The notes below the pieces were generated by a model. That model ran no database searches. It was given only the letters and a program-made list of their open reading frames with translations, and was not told the DNA's origin. Below, in pieces: positions 9,581 through 25,783 of a stretch of DNA of 64,000 nucleotides. Every line of letters starts with the position of its first letter. Position 1 is the stretch's first letter. The DNA is from an uncultured Gemmatimonadales bacterium (lineage in GTDB: Bacteria > Gemmatimonadota > Gemmatimonadetes > Gemmatimonadales > GWC2-71-9): the NCBI GenBank assembly GCA_963704805.1, contig CAVPHS010000001.1:850496-914495 (forward strand), written 5' to 3'. A program made the translations under genes and the position numbers.

Positions 9581-10686
9581 ACGTACGGATGCTGGTCTTA
9601 GCAGGCGTAACCGCGCTGGTCGCTCCACTCGCACTGGCGGCCCAGGCCGCCGATTCGGGCAGCGGCGTGAAGCTCTCGGGATATGTCACGGCGTCCTACT
9701 TCTACGCGACGAACCCGACCGGTACCGCGATCGTGGGGCGGCTGTATGATCGCTTCCACGACGCGTTCATCGCCAACGCCGCGCGGATCACGTTCGAACG
9801 GCCCGTCGCGACCGACAAACGCGATGCCGGTTTCCGCGTGGACGCCCTCTTCGGCCAGAACGCCACGCTGCTCCAGTCCGCCGGTTTGTCTCTCGGCGCC
9901 CAGGGCGATCTTCCCCAGGCGTACGTCACGCTGAACCTCCCGACGGGCGGCGGCAACTACGTGCAGTTCAAGGCCGGGAAGATGTGGACCCTGCTCGACG
10001 TCGAGGTCGTTGACGAAGTGCTCAACCCCAACTTCTCCCACGGCTACCAGTACATCTATCTGACCAACTTCACGAACACCGGCTTCGGCGTGGACGCCAA
10101 GCTCTCGGCGAAAATCGACGCCCAGCTCCGGCTGATCAACGGTTGGGACGTCGTGGAGGACAACAACACGGGGAAGTCGTTCATGGGCCGGGTCGGGATC
10201 ACGCCGTCGGACAAGACAGCGCTCGCCTTCCTCGGCTACTACGGGCCAGAACAGGCCGACAACACGGCGAACAACCGCTACGGCGGCGAGTTCGTGGGGA
10301 CGTTCAAGCCGGGGTCCAAGACGACGATCTACGCACAGTTCGACGCCGGCGGCGAGCAGGGGGCTGCTGTTGGTGGTGGCGACGCGAAATGGTTAGGTGG
10401 CGGACTGTGGGGCGTGTTCGATCTCAACCCCAAGCTCGGTCTGGCCCTGCGCGGGGACTACATGGACGACCAAGACGGCGCGCGGACGCAGGCACTCGGC
10501 TTCCTCGCGGCTCCGAGCCGGCAGCTCGGGAGCGCTACGGTCACCCTGAACGTCAAGACCTGGCCACACGCTCTCGTGCGTCCGGAGCTGCGTTTCGAGC
10601 ACTCCAGCCAAGACGACTTCGGCAATCCGGGAGACCTGAGCAACACCCAGATGACGATCGGCCTGGCGTTGTCGTACATCTTCTAA
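9577..10686 (+). CDS. Outer-membrane porin-like beta-barrel protein inside the kdp operon
   Basis: 369 aa with a signal peptide (...LALAAQA), alternating beta-strand pattern and C-terminal ...LALSYIF. Its GTGA start overlaps the kdpC stop. Confidence 0.75.
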   Translation: MNVRMLVLAGVTALVAPLALAAQAADSGSGVKLSGYVTASYFYATNPTGTAIVGRLYDRFHDAFIANAARITFERPVATDKRDAGFRVDALFGQNATLLQSAGLSLGAQGDLPQAYVTLNLPTGGGNYVQFKAGKMWTLLDVEVVDEVLNPNFSHGYQYIYLTNFTNTGFGVDAKLSAKIDAQLRLINGWDVVEDNNTGKSFMGRVGITPSDKTALAFLGYYGPEQADNTANNRYGGEFVGTFKPGSKTTIYAQFDAGGEQGAAVGGGDAKWLGGGLWGVFDLNPKLGLALRGDYMDDQDGARTQALGFLAAPSRQLGSATVTLNVKTWPHALVRPELRFEHSSQDDFGNPGDLSNTQMTIGLALSYIF

Positions 10687-10701
10687 GGCCGAGCGGGTGA
10701 C

Positions 10702-11454
10702 ATGAAAGGCTACGCAGGGGCCGCACTCGTTCTGGCGCTGTGTACGGCGCTCGGCACGGTCGTCCTGGAATGGCTGTCCATCACCGACGTCGCCATGCTG
10801 TACCTGCTCGGCGTCGCCGTGCTCGCGATCTGGGCCAACCGGCGCCAGGCGATCTTCGCCGCGGTCCTATCCGTGGCGCTGTTCGACTTCTTCTTTGTGC
10901 CGCCGCGGTTCACCTTCGCCGTCACAGACCTGCATTACATCTTCACATTCGCCGTGATGCTCGTGACCGCGCTGGTGATCAGCCGGTTGGCCGAACGGGT
11001 GCGGAGTGAGGCCCGCGCGGCTGCAACGCGCGAGCGAGGCACCGCGGCACTGTACCCGATGCTCGGCGACCTGGTGGACGCCAACACGCTGGATGACGTC
11101 ACTCGAGTCATCAGCGATCATGTGCGCGCAGCCTTCGGTGCGGAGTCACGTGTGCTGCTGCGCCAGGCGGGTCAGCTCGCCCCCGTCGGTGTCCCCACGC
11201 CCCAGCCGGAACCGAATCGCCGACTGGCGGACCTGGCGTACCAGTCGTGGGAGTCGACCGGGCGGGCCACCCGCAATTTCCCCAACGCCGATGCGCAGTA
11301 TCTGCCTCTGGTTGGCAGCCATGGCAGGCTTGGCGTGCTCGAGGTGCATCCCGATGACCCTGCCCGCTTCGACGATCCCGCCGTCCAGTGGTTGCTGCAG
11401 ACCTTCGCCGCCCAAGCGGCGCTAGCAATCGAGAGGGTTAGGGCCGTAGCTTAG
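10702..11454 (+). CDS. Stand-alone KdpD-core paralog (DUF4118 membrane domain + GAF-like domain, no N-terminal sensor or kinase domains)
   Basis: 250 aa, alignable by eye to KdpD residues ~400-640 ([14 protein letters not shown].../[16 protein letters not shown]... versus [14 protein letters not shown].../[16 protein letters not shown]...). It ends where the HisKA domain would begin. Confidence 0.8.
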   Translation: MKGYAGAALVLALCTALGTVVLEWLSITDVAMLYLLGVAVLAIWANRRQAIFAAVLSVALFDFFFVPPRFTFAVTDLHYIFTFAVMLVTALVISRLAERVRSEARAAATRERGTAALYPMLGDLVDANTLDDVTRVISDHVRAAFGAESRVLLRQAGQLAPVGVPTPQPEPNRRLADLAYQSWESTGRATRNFPNADAQYLPLVGSHGRLGVLEVHPDDPARFDDPAVQWLLQTFAAQAALAIERVRAVA

Positions 11455-11461
11455 CGTCCTC

Positions 11462-14143
11462 ATGACAGGACGCCGCCCGGATCCTGAAGCGCTGCTGGCG
11501 CGCGTGCGCGAGGAAGAGCGCCGGGCGGGGCGCGGCAAGCTGAAGATTTTCTTCGGTGCCTCTCCCGGCGTCGGCAAGACGTACGCGATGCTCGAAGAGG
11601 CTCGCGCCAGGAAGCGGGCCGGGGTGGACGTCGTGATCGGCGTCGTCGAAACGCACGGCCGGACGGAAACCGCGGCGCTGGTCGAAGGCCTCGAAGTCCT
11701 GCCGCGGCGCGCGATCGAGTATCGCGGCGTCACGCTGAAAGAGTTTGACCTCGACGCGGCGCTCGCCCGCCATCCCTCGCTCATCCTCGTCGACGAGCTG
11801 GCCCACACCAACGCTCCCGGCTCCCGCCACGCCCGCCGCTTCCAGGACGTCGAAGAGTTGCTCGGCGCCGGCATCGACGTGTATACGACCCTCAACGTGC
11901 AGCACCTCGAGAGCCTCAACGACGTCGTCGCGCAAATCACCGGCATCCAGGTCCGCGAGACCGTGCCCGATTCGATGCTCGAGGAGGCCGACGAGCTCGA
12001 GGTCGCGGACCTGTCGGCCGAGGATCTGCTCAAGCGGCTGGAGGAAGGGAAGGTGTACGTGCCGGAAGAGGCGGCGCGCGCCATCGACCGCTTCTTCCGC
12101 AAGGGCAACCTCATCGCGCTGCGTGAGCTGGCGCTGCGTCGCGCTGCCGAGCGCGTGGACGCCCAGATGCGCGGCTACATGCGCGAGCACGGCATCCACG
12201 AGACTTGGCCCGCGGGCGAGCGCGTGCTCGTGTGCATCGGGCCGAATCCCGCCGGCGCCCGGCTGGTGCGCGCGGGGAAACGCATGGCAACGAGCCTCAA
12301 GTGTGATTGGACGGTGCTGTACGTCGAGGCGCCGGGGCAGCGGATCTCCGCGAGCGATCGTGAGGCGCTGGTGCAGAACCTCCAGCTCGCCGAGGAGCTC
12401 GGTGCGCAGACGGCGACGGTGAGCGGTCTCAACGCGGCCGAGGAGATGCTCGCCTACGCCCGCGGAAACAACATGACGAAAATCGTCGTCGGCAAGCCGA
12501 CGCACAGCCGCTGGCGCGACACGCTGTTTGGCTCGACCCTCGACCGGTTGGTGCGCGGATCGGGAGACATCGACGTCTATATCATCACGGGTGACGTCGA
12601 TGCGGCGCGCAGCGTTCCCGCACCGCGCGCGGGCCGCCCGTCGCCGCTTGGCGAGTACGTCCGTGCCGGCCTCGTCGTGGTCGCGTGCGCGGCGATCAGC
12701 TTTCCGCTGTTCAACGTGCTGTCGGTGACCGACGTCGCGATGATCTTTCTGCTCGGCGTCGTATTCGTCGCCTCGCGCTACGGACGCGGGCCTTCGGTGT
12801 TCGCTTCGCTGCTGTCGATTGCCACATTCGACTTCCTCTTCGTTCCGCCGCGGTTCACGTTCGCCGTCTCCGACGTTCGCTACGCGCTGACATTCGGCGT
12901 GATGCTGGCGGCGGCGCTGGTGGCGAGCCATCTCACGCTGCGCATCCGTGCCCAGGCACAGACTGCGCGCGACCGCGAGCGCCGCACCGGAGCGGTGTAC
13001 GCGATGAGCCGTGAGCTGGCCGCGGCGCGCACGCCGGCCGACGTGATCGCGATCGCAACCCGACATCTTGTGGACACGTTCGGCGCCGAGATGCACATCC
13101 TGATGCCCGATCAGACGGGGCGACTGGAAGGCGGACAAGTCGACGAGAAGGAGCGCAGCGTCGCGCAATGGGTGTTTGACCACGGGCAGCGCGCGGGCGC
13201 CGGGACCGACACGCTCCCCAGCGCCAGTGGACTCTATGTTCCGCTCGCTGCCTCCACGGGAGTCATCGGCGTGCTCGGTGTGCGTGCCGCCGACCCGGCG
13301 CGGTTCGAGGATCCCACGTTACTCGAGCTGCTCGAGACGTTCGCGGGGCAGGCGGCGCTCGCCCTGGAGCGCGCGCAGCTCGCCGAGCACGCCAAGAAGG
13401 AAGAAGTGGAGGTCGAAGCGGAGCGGTTGCGAACATCGCTGCTCAGCTCGCTGTCCCACGACATGCGCACGCCGTTGGGCGCCATCACTGGCGCTGCCAG
13501 CAGCCTTCTGGAGGAGCCGGGCAAAGGGGCCATCGCCGACCCCGGCAAACGGGAGCTGCTCCAATCGATCGTCGACGAGGCAAACCGGATGAATCGCCTC
13601 ATCGCCAATCTGCTCGACATGATTCGGGTCGAGAGCGGCGCGCTCAAGGTCCAGAAGGAGTGGCAGCCGCTGGAGGAGCCCGTGGGGGTGGCGTTGATCC
13701 GGCTCCAGGACCGGCTGCGGGAGCATCCCGTCCAGGTGCGGCTGCCGCCCGACTTGCCGCTCGTTCCGATGGATGGCGTGCTGATCGAGCAGGTGTTCGT
13801 CAATCTGCTGGAGAACGCGGTGAAGTACACGCCACCGAGTACGCCGATCGAGATCTCAGCGTCGCAAATCGACGGGCGGGTGCGCGTCGATGTGGCCGAT
13901 CGCGGGCCGGGCATACCGCCGGGAGAGGAGGCCCGCATCTTCGACAAGTTCTACCGCGTCGTTGGCGAAGGGCCGGTAAGCGGCGTCGGCCTGGGCCTCA
14001 CGATTTGTCGCGGCATTATCACCGCGCACGGCGGGCGCATCTGGGCCGAAAACCGGCCCGGCGGTGGTGCGGTGTTCCGCTTTACCCTGCCGCTGGGGAG
14101 CGAGCCGCCGCCCAGCGTACCCGGAGAGCCCGGCGCCGAGTAA
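11462..14143 (+). CDS. kdpD: Sensor histidine kinase KdpD
   Basis: 893 aa. Contains the N-terminal KdpD domain ([10 protein letters not shown]), a Usp-like region, DUF4118 TM block, GAF, H-box SHDMRTPL and HATPase_c. Confidence 0.95.
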   Translation: MTGRRPDPEALLARVREEERRAGRGKLKIFFGASPGVGKTYAMLEEARARKRAGVDVVIGVVETHGRTETAALVEGLEVLPRRAIEYRGVTLKEFDLDAALARHPSLILVDELAHTNAPGSRHARRFQDVEELLGAGIDVYTTLNVQHLESLNDVVAQITGIQVRETVPDSMLEEADELEVADLSAEDLLKRLEEGKVYVPEEAARAIDRFFRKGNLIALRELALRRAAERVDAQMRGYMREHGIHETWPAGERVLVCIGPNPAGARLVRAGKRMATSLKCDWTVLYVEAPGQRISASDREALVQNLQLAEELGAQTATVSGLNAAEEMLAYARGNNMTKIVVGKPTHSRWRDTLFGSTLDRLVRGSGDIDVYIITGDVDAARSVPAPRAGRPSPLGEYVRAGLVVVACAAISFPLFNVLSVTDVAMIFLLGVVFVASRYGRGPSVFASLLSIATFDFLFVPPRFTFAVSDVRYALTFGVMLAAALVASHLTLRIRAQAQTARDRERRTGAVYAMSRELAAARTPADVIAIATRHLVDTFGAEMHILMPDQTGRLEGGQVDEKERSVAQWVFDHGQRAGAGTDTLPSASGLYVPLAASTGVIGVLGVRAADPARFEDPTLLELLETFAGQAALALERAQLAEHAKKEEVEVEAERLRTSLLSSLSHDMRTPLGAITGAASSLLEEPGKGAIADPGKRELLQSIVDEANRMNRLIANLLDMIRVESGALKVQKEWQPLEEPVGVALIRLQDRLREHPVQVRLPPDLPLVPMDGVLIEQVFVNLLENAVKYTPPSTPIEISASQIDGRVRVDVADRGPGIPPGEEARIFDKFYRVVGEGPVSGVGLGLTICRGIITAHGGRIWAENRPGGGAVFRFTLPLGSEPPPSVPGEPGAE

Positions 14144-14152
14144 CTTGGCCCG

Positions 14153-14842
14153 ATGGCCGAGGCCGGTCCGGTTGCTCTGCTGATCGAAGACGAGGTCCAG
14201 ATGCGGCGCTTCCTGCGCGCCGCACTGCAGAGCCACCAGTACCAGCTGGTGGAAGCCACGACCGCCCGCGAGGGCCTGTCTCAGGCCGCCGGCCGCAACC
14301 CCGACGTGATCCTGCTCGACCTCGGATTGCCCGATGGCGATGGCATCGATCTGACGCGCCGCATCCGCGAATGGTCGAAGGTGCCGATCATCGTGCTGTC
14401 GGCGCGGGGGCGCGAGGAAGACAAAGTCGCCGCGCTCGATGCCGGCGCAGACGATTATCTCACCAAGCCGTTCGGTATCGGCGAGCTGCTGGCGCGCCTG
14501 CGCGTGGCACTGCGCCACAGCTCGCCGGCGGTCAATGCGCCGGCGTTTGCGGTCGGGGGCCTGCGCGTCGACTTCGAGCACCGCCGGGTATTCGTCGATG
14601 AGGTCGAAGTGCACCTCACGCCGACGGAGTACAAGCTGCTGGGCGCGCTCATTCGGCATGCCGGCAAGGTTCTCACGCATCGCCAGCTGCTGAAGGAGGT
14701 GTGGGGGCCGAACGCCGTCGAGCACACACACTATCTGCGGGTATACATGACGCAGCTGCGGCACAAGCTCGAGAAGGATGCCGCCCGGCCGCGTTATTTG
14801 CTGACAGAGCCAGGCGTGGGGTACCGACTGCAGGCGGAATGA
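14153..14842 (+). CDS. kdpE: Response regulator KdpE (OmpR family)
   Basis: 229 aa with a receiver domain (ILLDLGLPDGDG) and a winged-helix domain (LTPTEYKLL). Confidence 0.93.
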   Translation: MAEAGPVALLIEDEVQMRRFLRAALQSHQYQLVEATTAREGLSQAAGRNPDVILLDLGLPDGDGIDLTRRIREWSKVPIIVLSARGREEDKVAALDAGADDYLTKPFGIGELLARLRVALRHSSPAVNAPAFAVGGLRVDFEHRRVFVDEVEVHLTPTEYKLLGALIRHAGKVLTHRQLLKEVWGPNAVEHTHYLRVYMTQLRHKLEKDAARPRYLLTEPGVGYRLQAE

Positions 14843-14862
14843 AACGGCAGGATCTTGATCGA

Positions 14863-15810
14863 TCAGTTACGCGGAGTCGCAACCTTGAGAGAGTCAGGGG
14901 TGGGATTGCGTCGCGTGTAGGTGAATGCGAAGGCTTTCGTTGACCCCCTGCCTTCAGGCCTGACGCCGTATCGATAGTGGGCGCCCACCGATCCGAGCGC
15001 GATGCCCATTCCGAACGCGGCGCGGCGGGCCCAAGGACCCTGTGCGAGTCGGCCAGAACCGGCGGTCGCGTTGATGAACACGATGTCGTGAAACGACAAC
15101 GTCGTCCCAAAAGCAAATTCGATTTGGTTGGGCTCGGCTTCGCGCAACCGCCCCATTCGCGCTCCGGCATTGAGCTGGAAGCGAGCCGCCGTCGTGACCA
15201 CGTCGTGGCTGACGGCGATTTGCGCTCTCACATCGGCCGGCGTGCCGAGGTCCGACGACCACGCGCGGTCGACGACGCTGGCGACGGCGGTGTGCCGCCC
15301 CATGCGAATGTGGACCGCGCCTCGAGCTGTGACCCCGCTGTCGCTCACGCCAAGCAGCTCGTCGTACTCGTGGCGCAAGCCTGCAGACACCGTTGGCGCG
15401 TCCCAGCGGTGTGCACGCCGTCTATGGACACATACCGCGCCATCACGCGCAACCCGGCCAGTTCGGGATACTGAGCGATGAGGTCTGCGTCGATGACGTC
15501 AGAGACGTGCGATTCAGCAAATTGCAGCTGCCAGAGCAGCGCCCACCTTCAATCGCGCCGCCGCCAATACGGTTGTGACGCTGCCGAATTCGTTCTGCTC
15601 GAGGCCAACCAGCACTCCGCGCAGGGAGGGGGCGGCGGCCGGAACGGTCCACAGCGCGCGCCACGCGCCGGCGGCTCCGTCGCCACCGCGTCCCCGGTGG
15701 TGGCTGGAGCCGCTCGCTCGAGATCGCTCAGGTGCGAGGACTGGGCCCGGACCGCCTGGAGCGGGCCGAACGGAGAGGAGACTAGCGCACAACCAGGCGG
15801 CGCGTCTCAC
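14863..15810 (-). pseudogene. Disrupted beta-barrel (OMP-like) gene, at least two frameshifts
   Basis: Protein-like text runs across three minus-strand frames: ...GVLVGLEQNEFGSVTTVLAAARLKVGA / LLWQLQFAESHVSDVIDADLIAQYPELAGLRVMARYVSIDGVHTAGT / VSAGLRHEYDELLGVSD...AFAFTY. Frame changes fall near 15530 and 15400. Confidence 0.4.
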
Positions 15811-16669
15811 GGAAGTTCCCGGCGGTCATGACCGCCACGTAGACGCCCGGCTGCACACGCCGTCCGCTGTCATCATTGCCGTCCCAACCCACGAGGTAGT
15901 GCCCGGCCTCGAGTGCCTCGCTCACCAGTTGTCGTACGGGCGTGCCGGTCAGGGCGTAGAGCATCGACGCGCACGCTTGCGACGGCGGTTTGCTGCGGTA
16001 TCTCCAGACGGAGCGTCGTCAGGCCGTGGGACTTGACGAGGTCGAGGCACTCATGGAGGAGTTCGACCGCGGACAGCGCCGCGGACATCTGGCGCGGTCG
16101 ACACGCATCACCGGCCCCGTGTACTCACTCAGCACCTGACCCATCCCATACGTTGACGCGGCGCCACGTCAGCCGCGACGCGCTCGTTCTTGGTGAAGCG
16201 AGTTGCTTAACGCGATCTGATCGACGAAGAACGAATCGCCGGGAACTCCCTCGGGCCGACCGGCGCTGTCGTCGGGTGTGGCATAGTCGACGAGACCGCT
16301 CGCCTGTAGCGCGCTCGCGATCGCGTTCGGGTCGTCCTCGAGGCGCACGACCCGGAGGACGTACCTGCGGCACCGAGACCGGTCGTCGGCGGCAAAGACT
16401 TCAACCCCCGTCGCCGCGATTAGCGAATCGATCTGGCGTTCGCTCGTGGAGGCTTTGAACCGCAGTGCCACGTGACCACTGATGGTCAGTGGCGAACCTG
16501 CTGTCGTGCGGTACTGCCGGAAGAGGGTTTGCGCGCGCCCGCCATTCTTGGTCTGCCGTTGGCACATGCGCGCGAGAATCGCACGAATGCAAACGGTGCG
16601 AAGTGGAGGACAATGATTCCGGAGGCGAGGGGTTGCTGGGCAGAGGCTGACGCCGGGCGTCCGCTCCAC
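15782..16669 (-). pseudogene. Remnant of a secreted protein gene: S8-propeptide-like N-terminus plus FlgD-Ig/T9SS-CTD-like C-terminus, catalytic part missing
   Basis: 16169..16669 encodes VALRFKASTSERQIDSLIAATGVEVF...DPNAIASALQASGLVDYATPD...PGDSFF, which is prodomain-like. 15782..16088 encodes TLRLEIPQQTAVASVRVDA / LYALTGTPVRQLVSEALEAGHYLVGWDGNDDSGRRVQPGVYV... split over two frames. Only ~200 nt separate the two parts. Confidence 0.4.
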
Positions 16670-16937
16670 TGCAATGCGTCAGAGCGCCCAGCACGGCGTC
16701 AGGATGTGCGACGATGACAATGCCACGTTCTCTCTCCTCGGCAACGCAACACGGCGTCTTCGATCAGCAATGAACCGCGGACGCGTGCCTGCGCAAGCGT
16801 CGGCCACTGTAGCATCTGTGTTACACCTGCGTTGTTGCGCGACGGAAGATCACGTGCAGATTCAGCCGCGCCCTTGTCCCTCGATACTCCGTTCGTTCTC
16901 ACGGACTCGGCATGCCGTCTGCGTGCACGATGATGAG

Positions 16938-23185
<6,248 letters not shown>

Positions 23186-23292
23186 GTTCGAACATAGGTT
23201 CGAACCGCTTGAGCCCTTCCGCCTCGTATCCTTGGTCGTTGAGCGGGCGCGGCACTGCTGCGTCTGCCGTTCAAGAGCGACCCCAACCCCAG

Positions 23293-24063
23293 ATGAGTGG
23301 TGAAACCTTCCGCGGCCGCGTCGCCATCGTCACCGGCGGCGCCACGGGACTCGGCCGCGCCGTCGCGCTCGAGTTCGCGCAGAACGGCTGCGGCGTCGCG
23401 TTCAACTACGTCGAGATGCCGGGGCGCGAGGTCGGTCCGCAGGCCCTGCTCACCGAGACGGCGATCAAGGCGTGCGGCGTGCCCTGTTATTCGGCGCTGT
23501 GCGACGTGCGAGAGATGGATTTGGTCGAACACTTCGTCAGCGAGGTGCGCAGCAAGCTGGGCGGCGTTCACTATCTCGTAAACAACGCCGGCGTCACGCA
23601 CGACGGCGCGCTGTGGCGACTCACGCCCGAAGCGTGGGCGGAAGTGATGGACACGAACGTGAGCGGCGCCTTCAATTGTATTCACGAGGTCGCGCCCCAC
23701 ATGCGGGCGCAGCGCTTCGGCAAGATCGTCAACGTCGCCAGCCACCAGGCGTTCCGGCCGGGATTCGGAATAGCGAATTACGCCGCCAGCAAAGCGGCGC
23801 TCATCGGTCTCACCAAGGCTGCCGCGGTAGACCTCGGCTCGGCGGGCATCAACGTGAACGCGGTGGCGCCTGGATTTGTGAAAACGGAGCTGCTCACCCA
23901 GCTGCCGCGAGAGGTCCTGGAGCGCGCCGAGCACGAGTCGGTGCTGGGGCGCGTTGCGGAACCGGAAGATGTCTCCCGGGTGATTCTGTTCCTCTGCAGT
24001 GAGGCGGCACGTCACATCACTGGACAGGTGATTGTAGTTGATGGAGGACTGACGCTCGCTTAG
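23293..24063 (+). CDS. Short-chain dehydrogenase/reductase (FabG-like)
   Basis: Starts MSGETFRGRVAIVTGGATGLGRA (TGxxxGxG) and carries NYAASKAA (YxxxK). The upstream part of listed ORF 23131.. is a non-coding extension. Confidence 0.85.
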   Translation: MSGETFRGRVAIVTGGATGLGRAVALEFAQNGCGVAFNYVEMPGREVGPQALLTETAIKACGVPCYSALCDVREMDLVEHFVSEVRSKLGGVHYLVNNAGVTHDGALWRLTPEAWAEVMDTNVSGAFNCIHEVAPHMRAQRFGKIVNVASHQAFRPGFGIANYAASKAALIGLTKAAAVDLGSAGINVNAVAPGFVKTELLTQLPREVLERAEHESVLGRVAEPEDVSRVILFLCSEAARHITGQVIVVDGGLTLA

Positions 24064-24073
24064 TTTGTAGGCC

Positions 24074-24754
24074 GTGAGTAACCCGTTAAAAGACAAATAC
24101 TTCGTACGACGTACGTCGTACGTCGTACGCGCTGCATGGTTAGTGCTCGCCCTGTCATGCGGCCCCAAGAAGACCGACAAGCCTCCCACACCCGAGCCAA
24201 CCGCTCCGCTGCCCACCGCCGGCCTCGCCGGCCAGCGCGTCGCCCTCACGCCGCTCGAGCTCGTTGGGGTCGAAGAGGCGCTCAAATGGGACTCGCTCAT
24301 CACCGATCGGCGCGTGACGCTCAACAAATGCGATAGCATCATCGCGACGCTGCTCGGCGCGCGGGCACCGGAAGTCACCTGGGTTCTTCCCGCCGAGCTG
24401 CGGCGCACGGCGCGGCGGGCGCCGGGAATCGCGGCGGATCCCGATCAGATGGGCACGGCGTTTCTCCGTGGTTCGAGTATTGTCGATGTGCCCGATCCGC
24501 TTCGTTATCAGCTCCGGACGCTGGTGGGCCTCGTTGGCGGGCGCTTCGCACTGATACCGGCCGGTCTCGTGTTTCGCAGCTCGACAACGCACCCGGGCGC
24601 CAGCTCGCCAGTCGCCAAGGCCGAGTTGTCCCTGGTCATGGTCGACACCCGCGTCGGAAAAGTCGGGTGGCGAACGACCGCGCACGGTGAGGGGGACGAT
24701 CCCTGGACCGCCCTCACGCGCGCCGTAAAGAGCTTGACCCCGGGTCTTCCTTGA
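24074..24754 (+). CDS. Hypothetical lipoprotein
   Basis: 226 aa with a lipobox-like LVLALSC followed by a Pro/Thr-rich linker. No recognisable family. Confidence 0.6.
   Translation: MSNPLKDKYFVRRTSYVVRAAWLVLALSCGPKKTDKPPTPEPTAPLPTAGLAGQRVALTPLELVGVEEALKWDSLITDRRVTLNKCDSIIATLLGARAPEVTWVLPAELRRTARRAPGIAADPDQMGTAFLRGSSIVDVPDPLRYQLRTLVGLVGGRFALIPAGLVFRSSTTHPGASSPVAKAELSLVMVDTRVGKVGWRTTAHGEGDDPWTALTRAVKSLTPGLP
24103..24131. repeat. Four tandem heptamers GTACG(A/T/C)(C/G), including a perfect 20-bp palindrome (24103..24122)
   Basis: cgtacgacgtacgtcgtacg equals its own reverse complement. It lies in codons 10-19 of the lipoprotein gene (FVRRTSYVVRA). Confidence 0.9.
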
Positions 24755-25779
24755 GCATCCGCGAGGCGACGCTGATCTCGGGCGATGGCATCGGACCCGA
24801 GATCACGCAGGCGACGTTGCAGGCGCTGGAAGCGGTGGGGGGGGGGATGCAGTTCGACTGGGACGAGCAGTTCGGCGGCATGGCGGCGGTCGAGAAGGCC
24901 GGCACGCCGCTGCCCAACGCGACGCTCGACTCGATTCGCCGCACCAAGCTCTGCCTCAAAGGCCCGCTCACGACGCCGGTCGGAGGAGGCTATCGCTCGG
25001 TCAACGTCGCCCTGCGCCAGGAGTTCGATCTCTACGCCAACGTCCGGCCGACCAAGACGATCGTCCCCGGCGGCCGCTACGAGCACGTCGATCTCGTCAT
25101 CATCCGCGAGAACACCGAAGGGCTTTACGTCGGCCTCGACCACACGTTCAAGATCGGCGGCGATCGCCGCGCCCTGGCGCAGGCGATGTCAATCGTGACG
25201 CGCGAAGGCAGCGAGCGCATCGCGCGCTACGCTTTCGAGTACGCCAAAACGCACGGCCGCAAGAAAGTCACCATCGTTCACAAGGCCAACATTCTGAAGG
25301 CGACGTCGGGACTGTTTCTCGAGGTCGCGCGGCGGATCGCCGAGCAGTATGCTGGGACAATCGCGTGCGACGACAAGATCGTCGATAACACGGCGATGCA
25401 GCTCGTGATCAAGCCGGAGCAGTTCGACGTCATCGTGACGACGAACCTGTTCGGCGACATCCTCTCCGACGAGGCCGCGGGGCTGATCGGCGGCTTGGGT
25501 CTCGCGCCTGGCGCCAACATCGGGACACACGCGGCCATCTTCGAGCCGGTGCATGGCTCGGCGCCCGACATCGCGGGGAAGGGAATTGCCAATCCGTCCG
25601 CACAGATGCTCGCGGCCGCGATGATGCTGGATCACATCGGAGAGCTGGACGCCGCCAGGCGGCTGCGCTGCGCCATCGAGGCAGCTATCGTCACGGACAA
25701 CGTCCGGACACCGGACTTGGGAGGTCGCGCTGCTACGGCCGAGTTCGCCCACGCCGTGGTTAAGCGGGTCAGGGCCTAG
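24751..25779 (+). CDS. Isocitrate/homoisocitrate/isopropylmalate dehydrogenase family enzyme (NAD-IDH-like, 342 aa)
   Basis: Contains GDGIGPEI, SVNVALRQEFDLYANVRP and NLFGDILSDEAAGLIGGLGLAPGAN. Its TTG start overlaps the lipoprotein stop (TTGA). Confidence 0.85.
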   Translation: MSIREATLISGDGIGPEITQATLQALEAVGGGMQFDWDEQFGGMAAVEKAGTPLPNATLDSIRRTKLCLKGPLTTPVGGGYRSVNVALRQEFDLYANVRPTKTIVPGGRYEHVDLVIIRENTEGLYVGLDHTFKIGGDRRALAQAMSIVTREGSERIARYAFEYAKTHGRKKVTIVHKANILKATSGLFLEVARRIAEQYAGTIACDDKIVDNTAMQLVIKPEQFDVIVTTNLFGDILSDEAAGLIGGLGLAPGANIGTHAAIFEPVHGSAPDIAGKGIANPSAQMLAAAMMLDHIGELDAARRLRCAIEAAIVTDNVRTPDLGGRAATAEFAHAVVKRVRA

Positions 25780-25783
25780 TCAT

